Assembly: GCF_000372725.1 (NCBI RefSeq)
Contig: NW_005202368.1
Coordinates: 269,040 to 289,039 of the forward strand
Direction of reading: 5' to 3'
Length of the DNA stretch: 20,000 nucleotides
Source: Emiliania huxleyi CCMP1516
Lineage: Eukaryota
This document shows, in pieces, positions 11,371-20,000 of the stretch. A program made the position numbers and the translations under genes. Each line of letters begins with the position of its first letter. Position 1 is the first letter of the stretch. The notes under the pieces were generated by a model that saw only the letters and a list, made by a program, of their open reading frames with translations, had not been told where the DNA came from and did not search any database.

Positions 11371-11683
11371 TAGGGGGGCATGTTGTGCGAAGACCGAACT
11401 GCTTACTCACCCCTACCGCGGCTGCCGCCGCCGTAGGCTAGGATTGGAGCTGGCTAGGCTCGAGCCTCTCTCTAACCTCTACCGCGGCTGCCGCCGCTCT
11501 AGGCTAGGATTGGATCTGGCTACTATTGGGCTCTGACCTATCTCTCGCCTCTAGGGACCTGGCTGCGCTGCCGCTACCTGGCTGCCGCCGACTGGGATTT
11601 GCTGGGACTATCTCTTGTCTCTCGAAACACACTACCTGCTGCCGCGACCTGGCTGCCGCCGACTACGCCATTTGAACTTCACA
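11371..11683 (+). mobile_element. Possible 3' LTR (copia-like) with internal tandem repeats
   Basis: PPT-like TAGGGGGGCA directly precedes TGTTG at 11381, and a possible end ...AACTTCACA lies at 11683. Inside are a ~45-bp duplication (CTACCGCGGCTGCCGCCGC..TAGGCTAGGATTGGA.CTGGCTA) and repeated CCTGGCTGCCGCCGACT. The internal body would lie in the gap. Confidence 0.4.
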
Positions 11684-11938
11684 CGCGCAAGCGCAAGAGA
11701 GTGCTAGTGTGATCTGTGAACGCCCAGAGGGCATGCCCTGTCGGCGATAGTATTACTTCTTCATACAATATCCCCACGATGTGATACATCCAGAAAACAA
11801 TCAAGGTTTTAAACGATCGATGCCAGATGAAGATCTCGTGGTACCAATGCATGCGGAGGTCGTTAGGGTAGCGGGTTCGAGACCCGGATAAAAGCAAGCA
11901 CGCAAAGCAGTCAATCCTTAAAGACTTGTCACGATGAC

Positions 11939-12098
11939 GGTCCTCCCGGCGCTCCGTATCCGTCTATGGCGTTCAACCGACCTCGAATCCGGAGGACTCC
12001 TATTGGGCGTTGGACCTCGCCAACGTGTCAAAGGCGCGGCTGATACACTAGCGCTCACACCCCTCCCCCCTGCTTCCCTGACCCCGTACCCCCCACAC
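11939..12098 (+). repeat. Inverted repeat copy A (reverse complement of 16758-16945)
   Basis: 160 bp nearly identical to the reverse complement of 16758-16945. It lacks the 30-bp tandem duplication, has a 2-nt insertion, and differs by a few substitutions. Confidence 0.97.
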
Positions 12099-12238
12099 TG
12101 TGGGCGCAGACTGTAAGCTTGGGCAATATGCACGCACGCCGCGCGACGATCGCGTGGTTTCGCCTGCCTGGGTACCCATTAAGCGGGTGCCCCCACGGGC
12201 CCTAGTGGGCCCACCCTCCCTCCCGACGCCGAACCCGA

Positions 12239-15200
12239 TCAGTCCATACTGAGATACGCCTCGGCCTTCTCGATCTCAGACAAGGAGAGCGCGTAGTCCC
12301 AGGTCATGATCTCGGCGACCGCCCAGTCCGAAAGCTCGTTGTACGCGCCGGTGTTGACGCACAGCTTCTGGCTGCCCGAGCCGCTCGTCGACGTCGCGAC
12401 CGTCGCGCCGTTGGTGCGGAAGTAGCCGCTGCCACCGTTCTGGCCGCAGAAGACGAGCCACGAGTCGACGTCGGAAAGCGTCGACGACGAACCAATCTGC
12501 CAGCCGTTGTAGTAAGCGACGCCCGCGCTGCCGCGCCAGTGACCGTGGAGCCAGTTGGCGCCGGTCGCCTGGATGATGCGCTGGCGGCTGTTCCCGTTGT
12601 ACTTGCTCCGGCTGCAGATGGTGAACTCGCTCGCGATGATGTTGGACTCCGAGAGGCAGATGGACGCGGACGTGTCGCCCGCGAGGTACGACAGCCCGTC
12701 GTCGCCCTCGACCGCGTCGATCGTCCCCGAGACGGAGTGGCTGTCGAAGCCATTGCCCGACACGTCGTACCACACCCCCGCGCTCGCGTCCCAGCTGTCG
12801 TACTTGTAGTGCGCGTACGGCTGCCGTACGGCTGCGCGTACGGCTGCGGCGTAGAGTAGTGACACTTGATCCCCTTGCAGCGCAGCGCCGTGCCAGAAGC
12901 GCATGTAAGCGATGGTTCCGTCAAAATGTCTTCCAGCTGGGTCCGTGCCAAAGTAATGGTGTTGCCGAGTTCTGTGTGCTGGCACATCACCATCAGATTT
13001 CGTGGATACAAGCACACCGTCTTTGTAAAGTTTCATCGTCGAGCCTTCACTCGTGGCAACCACGTGAACCCAGTTGTCGTCATTGAAGAAATTGTTCGAT
13101 TGTAGATAGCTTCTCTGGTTGTTCTCATCCCAAACGTCAAAGGTTACAGCCCGGTTGGTTCGGTATAAGCGGACCGCAAAGGCGTCACCAATGTCCCCAA
13201 AGTAAACGGCAAATGTTGTTCCACTCTTGCGCAAGCTGAAATAAGACTCCATCGTCATGGCTCCTCCAAATTCCCACGGCGTCACCGCCACATAGTCGTT
13301 TGATCCATCCAGTACCATGCCCTCCGCTGAGCACATCGCGCCGTTCATGGCCGTGGCAACAATAGCCGAGTTGCGTGCATCAACGACAGGCGTGGAGTCG
13401 CTGCAGCCGCGGAAATCGAACTCGTGGAAATCGAACTCGTAGGTCGGATAGGCCGTTTTACGATCGTTTGGAGCGCTGACACCCGTCTGCTGGTCGAGCA
13501 CCTTGTAAACCCCATCTCCATGCTCGCAGGAGAAGGTCCACGAGATGGGGTCTCGACTTGGCATGTCGTTGGCGGTATAGAGCTTGTACGACGCGACGGC
13601 GCTTGTGATGGACGGTGAGAGCGTGAGAGTGACGACGACATTGGTTGAGGAGGTGGAGCAGCAGTTCTTGGTGTTGACGCTGCCATCGATGAGCTTGAGC
13701 GAGCCCTCTTGTGCGTTCTTATCTCCACCCACGTTGCTGACGCAGTCCGTCACGGAGAGCTGTGACCCGCTGCTCTCGTACAGCCGGATCTCACTCAACT
13801 GCCACTGGCTTCGAGCTGTGCCCCCTCGCGACTGGGTGAACTCGAATCGGCACTTGGACGGAGCTGCATACTCAAACTCCGGCCCCAAAGGCTGTATTGC
13901 TGTGTTGTCATTGGAGAACGCAAGCGTCTTCGCGATCGCACGGCGGATGATGAAGTTACCAAACGGGTGCGCATCGCCGATCTGATCATCAGGCGAGCCG
14001 AAGTTGCTACTCCAGTCGATCCCGGTGGGGACCCCGAGGCACGCCGCGAGAGACTCGCTCCCGGGGAACGTGATTCCGACGCTGACCGAGACTTGCGGGT
14101 AGGGCACATAGACCCACACACCGATCTGGGCGTAAACGCTGTATCCGGACCCCTGCGTTTGGGCAAGCGCGACCTGGTCCGGTTCATATTCGATGTAGGG
14201 CGTCAGCTGCGTGTTGAGGTTCTCGCAAAGGCCGGTCAGCCCCGAAGTGGTTGCCGCGCCGCACAGTGCCAGGTCTGCGCCTACCTTGGCCTCCCACCTG
14301 ACGCCCGCCTCTCCAGAGACGACGACCACGACGGCGATGTAGGCCTCCAGGCGCAAGTTGATGTAAATGTAAGCGCCCATGCTCACCGAGAGGCTCGCCG
14401 ACACAGCGCCCTCGGCGGTCAGAGTGACGCCATCCCCAGCTTCCGGCCTCTCTGCGACGCTGGAGCCGCGACCATCCATCGTGATTGTCCAGCTGCGATG
14501 GTAGCCGACCCGGCCCTCGACGACCGCCTGGCCCTGAAAGCTGGCGCGCATCTCGAGTGGCAGCCCCATCTCGAATGTCGGGGTGAGGCCAAAGGCTAGC
14601 AGAAGCGGCACGACAGGGGACTGCTGCGTCTGGCTAAACCTCACCTTTTTGCCGAGCAAGTGCTCCATCAGGTCCAGTTGGCGATGCTCTTCCATTGCCA
14701 AGGCTGCTTCCGCCTTGATCGCCACAGACGCCTCGAGCGTAAACTTTGTGACGATCTTACCAATCTCCAGGGCGCTTTTGATGCCGCTGTCCAGGCATTG
14801 CAATGTTGCCGCGTCTCCGGAGTAGGCTGTGCCCAACGCCTCAAAGTTAGAGCCCGAGCATAGGCTTCCGGCTTTTCGAAGATAGGGCGACGCGCTCCTC
14901 TCGTACCCCTCCTTGTCCGTCACGCACCAAAAACTCGAGCACGCGTAGAGATAGTTTGGAAGGGTCTCCGAAGTGGATCTGAAGACAGGTTGAGAGTTCC
15001 GCGTATCCTGGGTTTTCGTGTAGATCCCGTTGAGGAAAGCGTGGACATTGGGGCTTGAGATCTGGAAGTTTTTGCATGTGTTTTCGCAAGGCGGGGGTGG
15101 AGGAGGCGGGGGTAGAGGAGGCGGCGGAGATGGCGGCGGAGGCGGCGGAGACGGCGGCAGAGGCGGAGACGGCGGCGGCGAGGGCGGCGGCGAGGGCGGC

Positions 15201-18200
15201 GGCGGACGATATCGGCAGCACTGTGTGCAAACTCTTGGGGAGAACCGGCAGCAGCCGAAGGTCAATCCACCCATGCCGCCCTCGCTCAGAGCCTCGACCG
15301 GATATTCGCCATTCGGATATTCGTCACTACAGATCTGGTCGGCACACCTGTCTCTGCCATCGCAATCCAGGCCAGCCGTGCTTGCCACGTGGTATTTCCT
15401 ACCCTCATCTCCCAGGTTGTCCTCTGCCGCTTGACCATCGTGCGTGAGCATTCTTTTCGTGACCAGCGGCGGAGGGGCAGGAGGCGGCGGAGTGGGAGGC
15501 GGCAGCGTGGGCGGCCGAGGCGCCGGTGGCGGCGTGGACGGCGGCGTCGACGGCGAGGTGGAGGGCGGCGTGGGCGGCGGAGGCGCCGGTGGCGGCGGCG
15601 TGGGCGGCGGAGGCGCCGGCACCGGCACCGGCGGCGGAGTCGACTGCAGCTCCTCCGTCATCCGGCGGCGGCCGATGTCCTTAAATCGAGCGACAGCAGC
15701 ATCCGCGAGCTTCTCTCGGATAATCTGTTCGCCGCGCTGGAGCGCGTCCACCATCAGGGTCCTGTGGAGAGTGGCGTCCTTGTGCGCTTCGTGAAGCCGG
15801 CGGTGGCCGTCGCCACTGACGTTCCGCAAGGCGGCAACTGCGATCTCGTGCAATACGGTTCGCGTGGTGTCGACCTCTGCAAGACGGCGACTGCAGCCGA
15901 CCCATTCTTTCACTTTAGTTTGTACTTCGTTGACAAACCCGAGGATCGGGTCTGCGACCTTGTCGTTGAGCCACTCGGCCACAGTAATCGCGATGAATTG
16001 GGAAAGCGCGGAGCAGTCGATTTCTGTGCTCACGATTTGCATGCACGCGTTGAAGGTCACACCCGCACTCACCTTGAGAGTCTTCACGCCATTGCGAGTG
16101 ATGCCCAGCGGCTCTATCTCTCGCATTTCAAACACCGACCCCGCCGCACAAGATTCGTCCGCCTCCTTTGGGACCAGGCAGATTTCTCCAATCTTCTGGA
16201 GACTCTCCAGCACAAAATCTTGCACCACGTTGCAGCCAAAGTTAACCAAAGGCGCTATGAGCTTGTTGCTCAGCGCGTTTACGATCCAATCGAGTGCCTC
16301 CTCAATCGAGGAGCTGATTGCGTCCATACCGCTGCAAACTGCACTAACGACTGTTTCTTTGACGTTATTCCATAATTTCTTGGTCCATTTCGTCACATCG
16401 CTGAACCAACCAAGGCGGCGCCGGGAAAGGTGGCGGCGGGCGTGGCGGAAGCCACTCGAGTGGTCCGAGTGGTTGTGCACGAGTTCAAACATCTCGCGTC
16501 CGGGAAGAATGAGGTTGTTCATGAGTTGAGTGATGCCGTTCGTGTCGAGGGACTCGCCAAGCGGGGTGACAAGATCGCCAAGCGCAGCCATATTTGCCTG
16601 CGTCACCGGCTGGAATTCAACCCACAGATCATCGTCGTCGAGCTCGCTGTCATGGCGGTCCTGAATCGAGAAGACGCCGACACCCGGCATCTTCTTGTGG
16701 TTGGTCTCAAGGAGGACGATGCCGAGTTTTACTTCGAAGATGCGCTGTGACTGCGGCGTGTGGGGGGTACGGGGTCAGGGAAGCAGGGGCGAGGGGTGTG
16801 AGCTAGTGTATCAGCCGCGCCTTTGACACGTTGGCGAGGTTCCACGCCCGATAGGAGTCCTCCGGATTGTTCAACGTCCAATAGGAGTCCTCCGGATTCG
16901 AGGTCGGTTGAACGCCATAGACGGATACGGAGCGCCGGGAGGACCAGCCAGTGATTTGAAACTCGACGACGGCGTCCTGCAGACCGACGCGAAGCTTCGT
17001 ATAGTCTTCGAGTTCTTCCGCCGACGCCCTCAGGAGCCCGCGGGCAAGCTCTTCGACGTCGACGTCCACCTTGTACTCGGCGGCCTGCGTCGAGACCGCG
17101 GCACCGTTGGCGTCAACGAGCACGCCGCTCGTGTCTGTCGCCGCCGCCGTCGCCAACGCGCCGCCATTGGCGTCGACGAGCACGCTTGTCGTCGCGTTCG
17201 AGCCGCGGTGCCACTCCGTGGCCGCCTCCTCCGACTCGTCGTCCGGCGCGACGATAGGCTTGACGCCAAACTCGGCGCTGCCCACCTTGAGCACCTCGCC
17301 TGTGTCGGACGAGACAAGCAGGCCGCCGTCGCCAACCGTCGTCTCCTTGGTCGCGATGACGATCCCCGCGGTCAGCCCCGCATTGATGCCGACCGAGGCG
17401 AGCAGCGCAATCACCAGCACGAGCGCAAACCTCCGGAAGACACGAAATAACTTGCGCTCCCTCGCGGCCTCCTTTTGGGCCTCCTGCTCCGCCGCCTCCT
17501 TCGCGGCAATTTCCTTGGCGACGCTGCTAGCTTCTGCCATGTCAATGACGCCATCGTTGTTCCTGTCGAAGACCCGCATCAACGCCGACGAGTTCCTCCG
17601 ACCCAGAGTCCACTCTCCCGCATCAACCTCCGACGGGCCGCCGGCGGACTCTGGCGGCGACGGCGGCGGCGAGAAGACGGGCGGAGAGAAGGCCGCCGTG
17701 CTGTTGCGCCGCCAGCACAGCTGCCGGAGCACGAGGTCGGCCGTGGCAGCAAACACGCTCACGGCGAAGAGGAAAGAGAGAGGTATCGCACCACCCTCCG
17801 TGAACCACGAGAAAGTGGTGCTCGACGCAGAGGATTCCACGGGAGCCGCTGCTGCGCCGGGGAGGCACGCCGCGGCGGCGGCGACGCAGACGGCCCACGC
17901 CACGCCGCGCCGAGCCCCCTTTCCGCTCGCCGCGGTCGGCCAGGAGGCGACGCAAGCGATGGCGAGGAAGATGAGCACGAGGGCGGGCATGAGAAGCGGC
18001 GAGCAGCTCACGAGCGAGGACGCCTTGGAGGCGACGGCGGGCGAGAAGGCCGAGGACGCCGCCGAGGCGACGCCGGATGAGAAGGTAGAGGACGCCGAGG
18101 CGACGGCAGACGAGAAGGCCGAGGCCACCGCCGTCGGGCTAGGCACGGCGGGCGCGCAGTGGCCGAAGGCGGGCATGCAGACGAGGAGCAGCCACCGGAA

Positions 18201-19645
18201 GGCGCCCTCGGCCTTCGTGTAGCCGCCCCGCACGCAGTTGGCCGCCGCTTTGAGGGCGGCGCGACCGCCGGCGCCGCACGTGTCAGCGCCGGCGCCGCAC
18301 GTGCCAGCGCCGGCGCCGCACGTGCCAGCGGCGAATGGCGCCTTGCCGGACGTGGTCTGCGGCTCGCGGCGCCAGTTCGCGCGGCGGCCGCGGCCGCGGC
18401 CGCGGCCCTTTGCCTTGCCAGACTTGCGCCTGCCCTTTGCCTTGCCAAACGTGGGGTTGTTGCGGCAGCGCCTTGCCTTGCGCCGGCACTTCCTCGAGCG
18501 CCGCGACTGCAAGTCCGCCCACTTCTCCCGTTGCTCGGCAATGAGATCGAGCGCGGCCATCGCCTTCTTGAGCCGCCCCTCCCAGTGCTCGCGCTCCTTG
18601 GCGGCCTCGGCCTCGGCCAGCCCCGCGCCCGCGGCCGCGCCAAGGGGCTTGGGCGCCACGGGCGCAATGCCGCCGGAGGTGGGGACTCCCGGTGACGGCG
18701 ACTTCTTGCCGTCGGCGGGCGTAGCCTGGTAGCTGACGCTCTCGCCCAGCCGGCGGACTGCAGCCTCGACGCCGTCCACGTAGCCCGGTCCGGAGCCGCT
18801 GCGGGCCGACGCGGGCCCGCTCTTCCCCGCCGCCATCGGCGTGGGCAGGCCCGGGTAGCAGGTGGTGTCCTGCAAGCGCGATAGGGACACACGGGAAGGG
18901 AGATTATTACCGGTGGGAGAGCGAGGAGTGCCAGGAGAGAATGCTGCGGCGCGCTCACCGCTGGTTCGGGCGTGTTGGAAACGGTCTTGGCCGGCTTCTC
19001 GACCTCCTTGGCAGCCTCCTCGGCGACGGCCTCCTCGGCGACGGGCGCCTCGGCGACGGGCGCCTCCTGGGAGGCGGACACCTCGGCGGCGGCGGGCTTG
19101 ATGGTCGCCTCCTCGGTGGCGGACTCCTCGGCGACGACGGCCTCCTCGGAGGCGGCCTCCTCGGCGACGGCGGCCTCCTCGGTGGCGGCGGACTTGGTGG
19201 AGGACTCCTCGGCGACGACGACCTCCTCGGAGGCGGCCTCCTCGGCGGCGGCCTCCTCCTTCACGACGACGTCGTTCTTGACGCCGCACGCCTGTGCGTG
19301 AGGGAGAAACGTAACTGTTTGGAGACGGGGACACCGCAGGGACAATGCCGATCCTGGCGTGCGCGTGCGCACCTCAGCTCCGAGCGAAGGCGGCAGCGTC
19401 AGGCTCGCGCGGCGGCGCTGATACCACTCCTCATAATCCGCACTGGAAGCGAAGTAGCCACCGACCTTGACGGAAGCCGTTGGCCCGAGCTCGGTCTGAA
19501 CCTGGGCCCCCTCCGCGAAACAAAAGCTGATTGGCACCTTTGCGAGGCTCCGATGGAACACGTGGGGGTTGTCGAACCAGACGCCCTTTGTTGATCTCAC
19601 AACCAAGAAAGCCGACTCGCCCTCGCTCTCATTGAAGTCGACCAT
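12239..19645 (-). CDS. Giant modular membrane/surface protein (~2390 aa or more); exons 19645(or further upstream)-19373, 19291-18959, 18869-16821, 16750-12239
   Basis: Three long ORFs join in frame through phase-0 introns 19372-19292 (GT-AG), 18958-18870 (GT-AG) and 16820-16751 (AAG|GCGCGG...CCGCAG, GC-AG). Domains in order: Glu/Ala repeats, Arg/Lys-rich stretch, several hydrophobic segments, EF-hand loop DRNNDGVIDMAE followed by a TM, Cys-rich and SPPPP regions, a beta-rich region, an F5/8-type-C-like module (YKLYTANDMPSRDPISWTF), a LamG/ConA-like module (LDGSNDYV...WVHVVAT...KLYKDG...FDGTIAYMRFW), and a second ConA-like module (WYDVSGNG...AEIMTWDYALS). The start codon is uncertain (alternative ATG 19843 or additional exons). 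Confidence 0.8.
16758..16945 (-). repeat. Inverted repeat copy B, overlapping the exon 3 end and most of the GC-AG intron
   Basis: Reverse complement matches 11939-12098. Contains a 30-bp-period duplication, ATAGGAGTCCTCCGGATT at 16851 and 16881, encoding NPEDSY twice. Confidence 0.97.
19010..19262 (-). repeat. Coding tandem repeats (EEAAVAEEAASEE-type)
   Basis: Repeated cctcctcggcg(g/a)cg units, translating to an acidic Glu/Ala-rich array. Confidence 0.85.
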
Positions 19646-19887
19646 GTAGCGCCTCTCGGCGCGCGTCCTGCAGAGCAGAGAGAATGGGGGCCGCCCGTGA
19701 GAGGGGTGAGGCAAGGCGCCTGCATTGGTCGGAACAGCTATGCGCATGTGTGGGGTCTGAAATGAGAGGAGAGTGACGGGGGACAAAGCTCGGACGTTGA
19801 GCCTGCGGAGGGCGGCGTCACGAGGGAGCGGGCTAAAGTTCATGTGGAGCGAGTGTTTGCAGGCGACGAGGGCCAGAGAGGGGCCTT

Positions 19888-20000
19888 GCGGGCGAGGGCG
19901 AGGGCGAGGGTGGCGGCAGTGTGTGTGTGTGTGTGTGTGGGTGGGTGGGTCGGTGTGGGGGGGGGGGGCCTGGCCCCCAGGGCAAGGGGGGGGGGGGGTG
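19888..20000. repeat. Low-complexity (GGGCGA)n, (GT)n, (GGGT)n and poly-G
   Basis: Directly visible simple repeats. Confidence 0.85.

Noticed and set aside
12239..16690. 1483-aa ORF as a standalone gene starting at ATG 16690
   Set aside because: It has no signal peptide, the frame stays open to an acceptor at 16751, and a phase-compatible GC donor joins it to the upstream ORF.
11939..16945. DGR-like template/variable repeat pair, or TIRs of a 5-kb transposon
   Set aside because: Differences are few and include indels, there is no reverse transcriptase nearby, no TSD flanks the pair, and copy B is embedded in host coding sequence.

Overview
GC-rich eukaryotic genomic DNA with one 100-N assembly gap at 11254-11353. 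The high GC, frequent GC-AG introns and CCGAGAT-type intron repeats suggest a haptophyte such as Emiliania/Gephyrocapsa huxleyi (inference). Supported genes: (1) a divergent bacterial-type RNase HII on the minus strand that runs off the left edge and is missing from the ORF track; (2) a PAN/apple-like + Pro-rich + TM + IQ-motif membrane protein; (3) an 8-exon SET-domain methyltransferase with five GC-AG introns; (4) a spliced, ~2400-aa modular membrane/surface protein (EF-hand, TMs, Pro-rich linkers, F5/8-C-like and two LamG/ConA-like domains). Mobile DNA: a 5'-truncated CRE/SLACS-like RLE retrotransposon fragment, a hAT-like non-autonomous element with an 8-bp TSD, a MITE with 49-bp TIRs and a 4-bp TSD, and two possible LTR remnants. 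The three most striking observations: a ~160-bp inverted repeat pair bracketing the whole 4.5-kb ectodomain exon of the giant gene and overlapping its GC-AG intron; an apparently newly gained intron flanked by a 16-nt exon duplication in the SET gene; and an RNase HII that keeps its catalytic carboxylates but has altered ribonucleotide-sensing motifs.
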